Source: a virus
Strand: one strand, 5' to 3'
DNA length: 38,357 nucleotides
IMG/VR virus record: IMGVR_UViG_3300025311_000002
Span: 1 to 38,357 of that record
Shown: positions 1-9,061 of the stretch, in pieces
Layout of the letters: each line of letters opens with the position of its first letter
How positions within the stretch are numbered: position 1 is the stretch's first letter
The notes under the pieces: model-generated
Seen by the model: only the letters and a program-made list of their open reading frames with translations
The model's database searches: none
Told to the model about the DNA's origin: nothing
Made by a program: the position numbers and the translations under genes

Positions 1-127
1 CTCTGCTATACCCAGCTTAAAGCGGGTTGCACTCCCACCCGTCCCGGAATTGTCATTGCCAAGCGCCCATCCAGAGCACGAACCCACCGACATAACATCA
101 ACGGTGTTTGCCGCACCGAATCCAAAA
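1..127. repeat. Terminal direct repeat, copy 1. Identical to 38231-38357, which marks a circular-assembly overlap; unique genome length is 38,230 bp.
   Basis: Read directly: ctctgctatacccagcttaaagcgggttgc...ccgcaccgaatccaaaa occurs at both window ends and lies inside one continuous minus-strand reading frame. Confidence 0.95.
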
Positions 128-1341
128 AAAGCGCCATTTACATTCTCAATGGCGCGGATATATTCAATACGGCAGCCAGCAAACCCAACAAAATTGTCAT
201 TGTAGAAAGATGCCCCCTTACAGCGATTTCCCTCGGCAGCTCGGAACTTACAGTTTGATACATTGTATGGGTCTGGGTTTGACCCGCCAAACAATTTTTG
301 CTCTAGGAAAATACAAGAGCCGCCAAGATCATTGCCTCGCATCCATCCGAAATTGGTCCCCACAATTCCACGGAGAACAATCCCATGCTGTCCGGCCGCA
401 GTAGTCTGGCTGTTCTGATCAAACGTGATTCCGCCCAGGGAGCCACCATTCCAAGTATTTGAAACGCCGCTAGTGGCTGTGCCATTGTTAATGTGAATGA
501 ATGGGGCGTTTGTAGCATCGGCACGCTTAAATGTGACAGCCTCATGCCCATCAGTCGTTATTTCCGGCCATAGTTTGTCCGTGAATGCGCTATCAAATAC
601 AAGCTGTCCGGCAGTCATCATGTATGTGCCTGCTGAGATATGCCCATGCTGCCCAGACGCAATGCATACGTCAAACATCTTCTTGACAGAAGCCGTGGCA
701 TTATTAGCGCCAGTTTTATCTGCTCCGAAGTGAGATACGTCCAAGAAGTCATGGCCAATTCGCATCCAGCAACCATTTCCACTAGGATTGGTTTCCCCCG
801 TCCCCGCTAAGAACGCAGCCAGACCGCCTTGAGTACCATCCCAAGGGACAGTAGGACTAATGATTGTCCCCCCGTTGTGGGCGGATTTAGCTTTGGTGGA
901 ATCCCATACAAACGTACCACCACCGACAGGCCCCGTTGCCGTCCCCTGCCAGCCGGGATGATAGGCCGCAACATTGAGGGTGTCGCCAGAGTTGGCACTA
1001 TCCAGTTTGATCAGCGCGGCGACATCAGAGACGGACTGATTGCCAGCGCTCGACGGCGTGAGCTGCGAGAAAACGAGGGTGCCATTCTTGTTCTTGACAG
1101 TCACCGAGAAGCTGACGCCAGTGTAAATATTGGCCGGTGAACCATTCTGAGACGGATAGCCATCAAGCGTCCGGATCGGCTGTGCGGCCGGAATGGTTAG
1201 CGCTTCATCGAAATAGACCGTCACCGGGTTCGTTTCGGGATTGAGACCGGCCGTGCCGATGTAGATGTAGCCATCCTTGAGCGGGTCGCCATCTACGTCG
1301 GTGAAGATGGAAAACGGGGACTTAATCTGAAACGCGGCCAT
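1..1341 (-). CDS. Tailspike / polysaccharide depolymerase, N-terminal 447 codons. The ORF leaves the window start and continues at 38230 down to 37406, giving a full product of about 721 aa.
   Basis: The ATG at 1341-1339 overlaps the upstream stop (TAATG). My translation reads MAAFQIKSPFSIFTDVDGDPLKDGYIYIGTAGLNPETNPVTVYFDEALTIPAAQPIRTLDGYP..., then YHPGWQGTATGPVGGGTFVWDSTKAKSAHNGGTIISPTVPW and GCWMRIGHDFLDVSHFGADKTGANNATASVKKMFD. These are signatures of pectate-lyase-3-type beta-helix tailspikes. The frame is continuous with ORF 37406..38323 through the repeat, since (1341-93) is divisible by 3. Confidence 0.85.
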   Translation of the reverse strand, partial: MAAFQIKSPFSIFTDVDGDPLKDGYIYIGTAGLNPETNPVTVYFDEALTIPAAQPIRTLDGYPSQNGSPANIYTGVSFSVTVKNKNGTLVFSQLTPSSAGNQSVSDVAALIKLDSANSGDTLNVAAYHPGWQGTATGPVGGGTFVWDSTKAKSAHNGGTIISPTVPWDGTQGGLAAFLAGTGETNPSGNGCWMRIGHDFLDVSHFGADKTGANNATASVKKMFDVCIASGQHGHISAGTYMMTAGQLVFDSAFTDKLWPEITTDGHEAVTFKRADATNAPFIHINNGTATSGVSNTWNGGSLGGITFDQNSQTTAAGQHGIVLRGIVGTNFGWMRGNDLGGSCIFLEQKLFGGSNPDPYNVSNCKFRAAEGNRCKGASFYNDNFVGFAGCRIEYIRAIENVNGAFFGFGAANTVDVMSVGSCSGWALGNDNSGTGGSATRFKLGIAE

Positions 1342-3308
1342 TATTGACGCTCCTGTTGTTCGCCTAGAGCACGCTTAACGCGAGCCTTGATCTTTGCATC
1401 TTTAACTCTGTTACTGAGAAGGCGAAAGCTGGTCATGATCGGAGCTGGGACGCCCGATGTTCCGCTGATCGCCACATCCATTAGACCGGCAAGTACACTG
1501 GCCGTGTTGCTCGTGTTCACTGTGCCAGGGGGTACCGTAAGGACGTCTTTAGCTACTTCATTGATGGTGCGAAGCTGTTCAGCCCCTTTCTTGCCAAAGA
1601 CAAGTTCTAACTTCCCGTTCTTGTCCAGATTGGTTAGTACGCGGTCGAGCTGTGCCGGCGATACGATGCGATTGCCAAATTGGTCTGGCGCCACATTGCG
1701 CAAGGCTTCTTCCTTGATGTATTGCAAGGTTCCACCTTGAAGCTCCTTCCATGCCTGCATGCCTTTAGGGCCTTCCGTCTGCAACAGCCGACGCACCTGC
1801 CGGACAGTATCCAGTGACGTGCCAGGGTCGATGATTGATCGGTTTAACACGTCCTCAAGGGCGATGGCGCGATCATTCGTCCCCCTCTTAGAGCCGATCA
1901 GGTTCTTAACCAGGCCGATATTTTCATATTCGGAAGCATAGCGCGCACGAGCCGAGCGCGCCCGCTGATATAGATCACCGCCGAGCCCTTCCGTCTGCGC
2001 ATCAATCATTTGCTTCAATTCAGTTGCAATGCGCACATCATTCGGATCATTGCTCTTAACGAAACGATTTATGGACTTGCGCAGGTTTTCCGCCTGGCCG
2101 AGCGTGACTTCGCCGATTTGCAGCGTCCCGTCTGCCAGAGCCCCAGAGCCAACGCCCTGCACTTTGATCTCCTCGGCAAATGTGCTCATGATCGGCGCTG
2201 ATGATCGGCCGGCGCGGTTCTGATTCAGATAGTCCGCCACCGGAGAGAGGTTGGCAGGCTCTGACATCTCGCCTGCTTTTTCAGCCTCTTTATAGAGACC
2301 ACGGATTTTTGCCTTATCACGAGCGGCCCGACTGCGTATCGCCTCGTCCACCGATATACCAACCGTTCGCCGAAATCCCGATTCCGGTGCCTCGGCGCCA
2401 GTCAGGTCAATAAAGGCGTCAAGGTTCTGCTGCAATTGCCGATTCTGCTGCGCAAATCGCTCACGCAGCGGCTCACCAACCTCGGGCAACTTAGCGGTCT
2501 CCCGTTCAAATCGGACATCCTCGAACTGGCGAGTTTTCTGGCCTTCCGTCAGTTTGATAGGGACTGGCAGCTCTTCGGCCTTCATGGCTCGCTGCGTTGC
2601 AATATCCACCCCGGCTGATCCGGCAGATGGTTGCGTTCCAGGTGTAGGCTTGCGCTCGCCGATGGCCTGGCGAATAGGTGCCACAACCCGTCTGGCACCT
2701 GCGACGACAGGGGCAGCAGCTTGCCTGGCAGTGGCGACAGCGGGCGCAGCAGCAGCGCGGATGCCCTGGGCTATAACTCCCAGCTCCTGGGTAAACGGAG
2801 TGATCGGCGTCAATGCCTCAGCGCCCTTGGCAAGCACTCCTAGCTGCGCCTGCCCAGATTGAGATCGCGGCGCATACGTCCATGCTCTGGCATACCTTTC
2901 GCCTTCCTGTTTTATGGCCTCGGCTGCTTCTTGGGTTCCAAACTTGCCCGACAGAAGTTGCTCGGCAAGGCCCTTCAATGTGCCGCCAATCTGTCCCGCA
3001 AATCCCGTAGTCGCAGCAGAAAGTGCTGATAAATCGGCCTCTGCGGCTCCGATAATATCTTCGCCTAGGCTAAATTCCGGCTGCACTGCGCGGCGGCGCA
3101 ACCGCTCCTCGCGTATAAACTGCTCTTGCGCGGCTTCTTCGGGCGAGCCTGGGACGGCAGGGAGATCGAGACTTGGGGGCGCCGGTGGTGCCGTTCGACT
3201 CGCACGAATAGACGCGACACGCTCCTTTAGCTCGGGCGCATCCGGCTTTATGCTGTCCGGGATATTCCTGATGATGATCCCGTCTTTTGTCGTGATCGAG
3301 TATGGCAT
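1341..3308 (-). CDS. Internal (ejection) protein at the P22 gp16 position, 655 aa.
   Basis: It is the last gene of a block syntenic with P22 gp14-gp7-gp20-gp16, immediately upstream of the tailspike. The protein is Ala/Gln/Arg-rich and helical. Its stop overlaps the next start. Confidence 0.6.
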   Translation of the reverse strand: MPYSITTKDGIIIRNIPDSIKPDAPELKERVASIRASRTAPPAPPSLDLPAVPGSPEEAAQEQFIREERLRRRAVQPEFSLGEDIIGAAEADLSALSAATTGFAGQIGGTLKGLAEQLLSGKFGTQEAAEAIKQEGERYARAWTYAPRSQSGQAQLGVLAKGAEALTPITPFTQELGVIAQGIRAAAAPAVATARQAAAPVVAGARRVVAPIRQAIGERKPTPGTQPSAGSAGVDIATQRAMKAEELPVPIKLTEGQKTRQFEDVRFERETAKLPEVGEPLRERFAQQNRQLQQNLDAFIDLTGAEAPESGFRRTVGISVDEAIRSRAARDKAKIRGLYKEAEKAGEMSEPANLSPVADYLNQNRAGRSSAPIMSTFAEEIKVQGVGSGALADGTLQIGEVTLGQAENLRKSINRFVKSNDPNDVRIATELKQMIDAQTEGLGGDLYQRARSARARYASEYENIGLVKNLIGSKRGTNDRAIALEDVLNRSIIDPGTSLDTVRQVRRLLQTEGPKGMQAWKELQGGTLQYIKEEALRNVAPDQFGNRIVSPAQLDRVLTNLDKNGKLELVFGKKGAEQLRTINEVAKDVLTVPPGTVNTSNTASVLAGLMDVAISGTSGVPAPIMTSFRLLSNRVKDAKIKARVKRALGEQQERQ

Positions 3309-4571
3309 TTAGAAGTCCACAACGATTGGTTCGTCAGTCGCTGGCTTTCCAGATGGCGCAGAGGAAAGCGGAACGCCAGTCTTGCGGGATAGGCGACCTC
3401 GCGCCTCTTCCATCTTGCCAACTAGGTCTTGGATATTTTTGACCAGTTGCCGATGCCCTTGCTTGAGGCTTAGGTTTTTCAGGCCAGATACCAGCTTTTC
3501 GCCTTCCGATTGCGTCAACGCGCCAAGACCTCGCATCTGCTCGACTTGAGACAGGAAGGATTGTGAACTGAGCGTTTCAACCAGTGCCTCAAAGTTGGCC
3601 GTATCTTCGCTCAGCGTCGGCAATCTGGAGCCGATTGGCCCGGTTGCATCTTTTATGACGCTGAATGGCGTGTTGAGCGCCTCTCGCGCCGTTGAGATGA
3701 GGCCATCCATCGACGCCGCGCCAGCTTCGTATGCGGCAACTCGCTCGCGCACAGTCGCGTCTCGGTCGGCGATCATCTTTTCGACTTGCAGATTCAGCTT
3801 GGCACGCTCTGTTGCATTTGCCTCTCGCTTAGCTGCCACTTCTGCGGCTGCGATGTTCGCATTCTGCTGAGCGATACGCATGTCGGACTGGAGCTTTTTG
3901 ATGTCCCAACCCTTTTTCTGCTGTTCAAGAACAGCATCGGACTCGGCGAATCTTGCTAGGACCGCCGCTTTTTCAGCCTTGCTTTCGGATTCCTTCAGTG
4001 CGGACGGCTGGAGTTCTTCGGCCCGACGCTCGGCGCCGATTTTGGTTACTGACTCAATAACCTTATCACCGCCAGGAAGTTGCGCCATCAGCAGGCCAAT
4101 CGTGTTCTTGGCCGCGGCGGGGCTTTGCTCGGCGATAGTAGCCCATGTCTCATACGCCTTGGCCTGATCTTCTCGGCCACGATTGCGCTCACCATGCGCA
4201 CGCTCACGCAGGAGGCTTAGGCCGAACTCCGGCTTGTCCGATCCAAGGGCGGACATCACCTGTGCGCCGAATTGTAGCTCCTTCTCGCGGTCGGCTTCGG
4301 TCAGAACCGCAGCGCTGGCACGCAGATTGTCGCCAACTTCTTTCGGCATGAGCCCGGCAACTCTGGCGTAATCCTCGCTGGTCGCATTGGGATTGGCGTA
4401 GAGACCTGACAGCGCCTCCTGCATGGACTGCTGGCGCTCTAGCTCAGCCTGCTTGGCACGGGCGGCGGCCTGTGCCTCGGCCAGCCCTGCGCCCAGCTTG
4501 GCACTGCCCAGGAAGGCTTCGACCGGGCTCTGAATGTCGAGGCGGTAATCAATAGGAGCAACCATCATCAA
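3309..4571 (-). CDS. Internal (ejection) protein at the gp20 position, 420 aa, coiled-coil rich.
   Basis: Assigned by synteny. It is Ala/Glu/Lys-rich and shares a 4-nt overlap with the upstream gene. Confidence 0.55.
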   Translation of the reverse strand: MMMVAPIDYRLDIQSPVEAFLGSAKLGAGLAEAQAAARAKQAELERQQSMQEALSGLYANPNATSEDYARVAGLMPKEVGDNLRASAAVLTEADREKELQFGAQVMSALGSDKPEFGLSLLRERAHGERNRGREDQAKAYETWATIAEQSPAAAKNTIGLLMAQLPGGDKVIESVTKIGAERRAEELQPSALKESESKAEKAAVLARFAESDAVLEQQKKGWDIKKLQSDMRIAQQNANIAAAEVAAKREANATERAKLNLQVEKMIADRDATVRERVAAYEAGAASMDGLISTAREALNTPFSVIKDATGPIGSRLPTLSEDTANFEALVETLSSQSFLSQVEQMRGLGALTQSEGEKLVSGLKNLSLKQGHRQLVKNIQDLVGKMEEARGRLSRKTGVPLSSAPSGKPATDEPIVVDF

Positions 4572-5224
4572 CCCCCGAAGAGACCGGCAAAGCTAGGCGT
4601 TTGGCCAGCGCCGTATTGAGCGCCTAGGAACTGTGCCGGCAGGTTCAAGACATTCCCGATAGCCTGCGCCCGTCCCTGAATGCCGCCCGCACGAGCCGCG
4701 CCGGCCTGCTGGAGCAGATTGGCGACATTCGCCCCCGTCTGCATACCAGCCGAGCCCACGCCCGCCGCCGATTGCTGACCAAGCGCAGTAAGTCCGCCCA
4801 GCTTGGCATAGCGATCCTCGATGGTCTGCGCCAGGAGATTCGGCCGGAACTGAGCGAGGGCGCCCTGGATGTTGCCCCCCCGGAGACCGCCTGTGGCCGA
4901 CGCACGCTGCAACAGCGCCTCTTCGCCCTGGCGTAGCAACGCCTGGAAAGCCGGGGATGCCTCGACGCCTGCAATCGCCTCACGCTCGGCCCCAGGACCA
5001 CCAAGACCAACGAAAGCCTGCTGCGCCTTTAGTGCCGGCGTGCCTGCCTCGACATAGGGCCGTAGAAGCTCCTGGAGCGCGTCGAACTGGCGCCGCTGCT
5101 CGTCAATTCCGGCCTCGGCCGCGCCGGCCTGCGCCTTGGCCGCTTTCGAGGCAGCCTGATGCTGCAAGACACCACTGCCAATCGATGTGCCGCCTACGAC
5201 TAGGCCGGTTACGGGATCAGGCAT
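4568..5224 (-). CDS. Internal (ejection) protein at the gp7 position, 218 aa, Gly/Ala/Gln-rich.
   Basis: Assigned by synteny. The sequence is low-complexity (...GGLTALGQQSAAGVGSAGMQTGANVANLLQQAGAARAGG...). It overlaps both neighbouring genes. Confidence 0.55.
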   Translation of the reverse strand: MPDPVTGLVVGGTSIGSGVLQHQAASKAAKAQAGAAEAGIDEQRRQFDALQELLRPYVEAGTPALKAQQAFVGLGGPGAEREAIAGVEASPAFQALLRQGEEALLQRASATGGLRGGNIQGALAQFRPNLLAQTIEDRYAKLGGLTALGQQSAAGVGSAGMQTGANVANLLQQAGAARAGGIQGRAQAIGNVLNLPAQFLGAQYGAGQTPSFAGLFGG

Positions 5225-5729
5225 GTTGAAACTCCGCTAAATAGTCGTCCAGCTTTTCGCCGTAGAGCTGGAGGATCAAATGGGCGTTTTTCGTGGCAGC
5301 AGTCGGGCCGTGGCAAATACTGACCACCATGACCACTACATCGTAATACGATGCCCGCCACACAAATGACCTGGCATCTGCGAGGCCCTGCCGCTCCATG
5401 GTGTCCGATGCCTGCCACTTGATGATGGCCGTAGCGATCACCGGAATCAGCTGGTTGGCATGGCGAGCGAAAAACTCATTCTGGAGCCTGCCCACCAGGC
5501 AATCCCAGATGACGGCATTAAGATCGTCACGCGAGACAGGATCACCATCGGCGATGTCATCAAAGACTTGGATGATTCGATAGAGCGACAGAAGCCACTC
5601 GACAGCAGCCGAGGGGAGGGCGAATACTTCTTCGAGGTTTTTGCGCAGCCAGTCGGTCATGCTCGGTTTCCGAGGACATGAGCCGCTGGCCGCTCTTATA
5701 AAGGTCTCAGCTGTTCGCGATTTAACCAT
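5217..5729 (-). CDS. Hypothetical helical protein at the gp14 position, 170 aa (147 aa if it starts at the ATG at 5660).
   Basis: Open frame between the needle-proximal small gene and the gp7-like gene, with an 8-nt overlap downstream. The start is ambiguous between 5729 and 5660. Confidence 0.5.
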   Translation of the reverse strand: MVKSRTAETFIRAASGSCPRKPSMTDWLRKNLEEVFALPSAAVEWLLSLYRIIQVFDDIADGDPVSRDDLNAVIWDCLVGRLQNEFFARHANQLIPVIATAIIKWQASDTMERQGLADARSFVWRASYYDVVVMVVSICHGPTAATKNAHLILQLYGEKLDDYLAEFQHA

Positions 5730-5747
5730 ATTGCAGATGGCTTGTCT

Positions 5748-6083
5748 TTAGGCGATCTCTCGCCCGGAGACCCGCAGCACGATTGAACTGGAAGCGCTCG
5801 CAATGGTGCTGATGACCCCACCCGGTTCAAGGTACTGGCCGACCAGATCGGGGAAGCCATGGGTCTCGCCAGGGGCGATGGTGCGGGTCTGGCTGACGAT
5901 ATTCGACGAGCCAACCGTTCCGCCGTTCGGGATGATGTTTACGGTCAATGTAACATTGGCCGATGTAACATTGGTGCCGGTGAACTTGTCGATGCTGGCC
6001 CGTACATTGCTGGCGGTGTACTGCGTTGTCTGCGTGTTCTCGGCGAACTTGGCAGGGACCAGGGGCTTAATGGTGGTGGTCAT
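5748..6083 (-). CDS. Hypothetical small beta-rich virion-module protein, 111 aa.
   Basis: Compact ORF 9 nt downstream of the needle gene. Composition is Thr/Ser/Val-rich. I recognise no family. Confidence 0.5.
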   Translation of the reverse strand: MTTTIKPLVPAKFAENTQTTQYTASNVRASIDKFTGTNVTSANVTLTVNIIPNGGTVGSSNIVSQTRTIAPGETHGFPDLVGQYLEPGGVISTIASASSSIVLRVSGREIA

Positions 6084-6092
6084 GGCGCGATC

Positions 6093-7394
6093 TCATTGGT
6101 TGACCTGGAATACGGCCATAGTGGCAGATGAAACAGCAGGAGCAAACGCGGTGGCAGCATCAGAATTGAGCGTGATTGTCGTCGAATCGACTGCCCACAT
6201 CAGTTCCATGTAGTCATTTGCGGCCATCTGCTGGGGAATGGTGCGCGTAATGGCTGCCTCACCAGTGGCCCCCTGAATGGCGACTCTGAGCGCCGAATTG
6301 GCAATATCTGTGCCATTCTTACGCAGCCAGACCCAGATGTAACCTACTGCGGCTGATGATTTGGCGGCCTGGACGGTGAAAGTGAAGTCATAGACGCCAG
6401 AATTGGCCGTGACGATGCGCGAATCCGGGGTGCCAAGGCTAACGCCACTTGTGGCGACTGTGGTGTTAAAGCTCACTGCCGTGGCCGTGTTGATAGCTGT
6501 TGCAGTCTGATCCACTGTGCTGATGAAGCCGCCGTAATACAGCTGTAGGAAGATGGTCGGCCGGCATGCGATTCGCCCTACGGTGGCGCTGACAGTTAGG
6601 ACAACGGCAATGGGGATCACGAGGGCTGGAGCCGATGGCTTAACCTTCGTCAATCCGCCTGCGGTCGTCGGGGAACAGTATAGGATGTCGCCAACAGCCC
6701 ATGTCTCGCCGTAAGATGTGCCAGTTGTGTCGATGTTGGTCACGATACCGCGACTGGTCACATAGCCATCGGTGTTGTTGGGGATGTCATGAGCCGAGAT
6801 CCCTAGGACGTAGATGCTGGGTTCAGAGCCATCGGCCAGGTACTTCTTGCCAGACACATCGCCGCCACCGCCGACACCGGCCAGCCCGATCACATTGCCC
6901 TTGCTGATGGTGCTGCCTGTCGCGTTGGTTACGTCGTCCAGATCCTCCTGGCCGATCTGCAACGTAACATTGTTCTCTAGGTTGACTTGCGGCGTGCTGG
7001 CGTCGTCATCCCAGCTAAACCGCCCGACCTTGGCAGCCTGCTTGGTACTGCGGCGCAGATCGAAGTAATCAACTGCGGGATCGCGCTCGGTCGGTGGCTC
7101 GCCGAACTCAGCGTTAGCTGCCAACTGCTGGACGACCGCCGACAGGGCGTTAACCCTAGCCTCTAGGGCGGTTATATTGGCGTCTGCCTCCTGCTTTACG
7201 GCCTGGCTATCGCCTTGTGCTGCCTGAGCCGCTGCCTGGGCGCTCTGGGCGTTAAAGGCGATCTCCTGCACTACGTCAGGGGCGATCTCGTCGGCCGTCT
7301 GAAATAGCTTCTCAAACTGCTTGATGGCCTCGTGATCTTTGCCGAGGAAGGCGGAAAGCTGGGCGCGTGTGAGCTTTAGCTGTCCTGTTGCCAT
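6093..7394 (-). CDS. Tail needle / plug (P22 gp26-like N-terminal coiled coil) with a large C-terminal beta-rich domain, 433 aa.
   Basis: It lies directly after the gp10-like gene. The N-terminus is heptad-like (...AQSAQAAAQAAQGDSQAVKQEADANITALEARVNALSAVVQQLAANAEF), followed by about 300 aa of Gly/Thr/Val-rich sequence. Confidence 0.6.
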   Translation of the reverse strand: MATGQLKLTRAQLSAFLGKDHEAIKQFEKLFQTADEIAPDVVQEIAFNAQSAQAAAQAAQGDSQAVKQEADANITALEARVNALSAVVQQLAANAEFGEPPTERDPAVDYFDLRRSTKQAAKVGRFSWDDDASTPQVNLENNVTLQIGQEDLDDVTNATGSTISKGNVIGLAGVGGGGDVSGKKYLADGSEPSIYVLGISAHDIPNNTDGYVTSRGIVTNIDTTGTSYGETWAVGDILYCSPTTAGGLTKVKPSAPALVIPIAVVLTVSATVGRIACRPTIFLQLYYGGFISTVDQTATAINTATAVSFNTTVATSGVSLGTPDSRIVTANSGVYDFTFTVQAAKSSAAVGYIWVWLRKNGTDIANSALRVAIQGATGEAAITRTIPQQMAANDYMELMWAVDSTTITLNSDAATAFAPAVSSATMAVFQVNQ

Positions 7395-7395
7395 G

Positions 7396-8799
7396 TCAGG
7401 CCCCCAGCGGGCTTATCTGTGCCTCTAGCCTGGCGATGGACAGATGGGCATCGCTCGTGCCACGGAAGCGCTGAATGCGCCAGTTGCGCATGAAGCCCTG
7501 GCGCAGCCACAGCAGCCGCTTATTGCGCTCGCCAGTCTTGCCGGCCTTCACAGATCGTTCCTGGCTCCAGACCATGCCATCAAGCGAATATTGCGCCCAT
7601 ACCGTAGGATCATCGCCCACCTTGGCGCGGCCGGTCAGGCAGATCAGCTCCAGCTCGTGGAACACCGCGCCTCTGCTGCCGTTGTAGGCAATGGTCGTGC
7701 CAAAGTCCCATCCGTTGACCTGCCCCCAATGGCTGGAAACCTCATCCGAGAAATAGCCGAGGCTGGTAGTCTGCGGGTCGCCGACAATCCATCGATCGTA
7801 GCAGTAGACGAAGTTGCGGGCGCGGTATTGGCTGTTGCCGATGATGCTGGTGGTCAGCGTGAACCATACCGGACTACCCAGCAGCTGCGTTGCATAGGCG
7901 TCATAGACCAGGGTCTGATCTGGCAGATGGATGTACAGCCACTGATGACCATCAGAGACGCGGGTTTCCAGCAACGCCTGTGATAGCGTTGACTCGGAAT
8001 AGCCGGCCAGAATCTGGTCGATCTCTTTGGTAGATAGCTTTGACGTTCCGCCATTGGCCGCCATCCAGATCGCGATGCTCTCATTGCGACCACCACCCAT
8101 GAAAACGATGTTTTCCGTCAGGACGGCGCAGGTAAACGTACCTACTGTCCCCCGCATGATCTGCGCGCCTTCGATGCGCTGGAATGGGAAGAAGTCGCCG
8201 CCGATGTTATCGAAGATTTCGATGGTGTAGCGGTTCAGGGCGTTGACTTCGTTGCGGACCTTGAGCAGCGCCTTGACCGGATCAGGGTCGATTTCAGATG
8301 ACCCGTACTTGAGCGGGTTGACCGCAAACGGGTTATCCAGATCGGTCACAACCAAGGATGTGCCGTCCGTGGTCATGAAATAGCCATCGATCCACAGCAT
8401 ATCCACGACAGTGCCGAGATCGGTGTCTGTCACCTGCTGGAGCGTCGTGCCATTCCAGAGATAGAGCTTGCCGCTGGATGCGATGGCCAGGCGGTCAAAC
8501 GAATAATCAAACGTCACCTGGCCAGAGCCGCCGACATCACCTAGGGTAGTGGTCGCACCAGCTGCGTCAACGCGGACCAGCTTGGTTCCCATAACCCGAT
8601 AGCATGCTCCATTCCAGTTGATGCCGCCTCGATCAATGCCGGGATTGCCGGTGGATAGCTGGACGATGCCGTCAGCCGGCCGCAGATAGCCCTCGCTGAT
8701 CCCGGTGTTTTTCGGCACCGGAACCAGATTACGAGGATACGATGTCCGAAAGTCGGATGCCGAGTCAGAAAATATCCCCGAAAGCACCGGCAACTGCAT
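7396..8799 (-). CDS. Tail hub / packaged-DNA stabilisation protein, P22 gp10 family, 467 aa.
   Basis: Length matches and motifs align with remembered P22 gp10 (472 aa): YLRPADGI, GxxYRVxGxKLxxV, LVYDA, and a C-terminal ...RLLWLRQGFMRNWRIQRFRG. A GAGG Shine-Dalgarno lies upstream. Confidence 0.8.
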   Translation of the reverse strand: MQLPVLSGIFSDSASDFRTSYPRNLVPVPKNTGISEGYLRPADGIVQLSTGNPGIDRGGINWNGACYRVMGTKLVRVDAAGATTTLGDVGGSGQVTFDYSFDRLAIASSGKLYLWNGTTLQQVTDTDLGTVVDMLWIDGYFMTTDGTSLVVTDLDNPFAVNPLKYGSSEIDPDPVKALLKVRNEVNALNRYTIEIFDNIGGDFFPFQRIEGAQIMRGTVGTFTCAVLTENIVFMGGGRNESIAIWMAANGGTSKLSTKEIDQILAGYSESTLSQALLETRVSDGHQWLYIHLPDQTLVYDAYATQLLGSPVWFTLTTSIIGNSQYRARNFVYCYDRWIVGDPQTTSLGYFSDEVSSHWGQVNGWDFGTTIAYNGSRGAVFHELELICLTGRAKVGDDPTVWAQYSLDGMVWSQERSVKAGKTGERNKRLLWLRQGFMRNWRIQRFRGTSDAHLSIARLEAQISPLGA

Positions 8800-8808
8800 A
8801 TCAGCGCC

Positions 8809-9045
8809 TCACAGAAGAATGCACCAATCATCAGAAAGCATATCAGTCTGCGAAGCCAGCCACGGCACCTTGGCCCCAGGCGTCGTCTTGGCATCATCAG
8901 GATAGCTCATGAAGATATACGGCAGCGTCATTTTACTGTGTTCGTCGGGCCACTGTAACTCAAGCCACAGACCTTTGCCGTTCCAGCCCTCGCGCTGGAC
9001 TTTGCTTCCGCGTTTCAGAGCTTCAAGGGCGTCGCCAAAATTCAT
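8809..9045 (-). CDS. DUF2829 / Tad2-like small protein, 78 aa.
   Basis: MNFGDALEALKRGSKVQREGWNGKG...VPWLASQTDMLSDDW matches the DUF2829 consensus as I recall it (MxFGEALEALKxGKKVxRxGWNGKG ... PWxASQTDMLAEDW). A strong Shine-Dalgarno (GAGGATGGG) precedes the start. Confidence 0.75.
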   Translation of the reverse strand: MNFGDALEALKRGSKVQREGWNGKGLWLELQWPDEHSKMTLPYIFMSYPDDAKTTPGAKVPWLASQTDMLSDDWCILL

Positions 9046-9061
9046 GTTCCCATCCTCGTTT

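Noticed and set aside
1-127. The 127-bp terminal repeat as genuine direct terminal repeats of the virion DNA.
   Set aside because: It interrupts a single ORF in frame. Its length equals a common maximum assembler k-mer, and P22-type terminase and portal systems package by headful. Assembly overlap is the simpler explanation.
108-1140. Plus-strand track ORFs at the window start (108..404, 497..733, 829..1140) and minus-strand ORFs 303..551 and 807..998.
   Set aside because: All lie inside the continuous minus-strand tailspike frame, whose translation carries strong family motifs. The alternatives have no Shine-Dalgarno and implausible composition.
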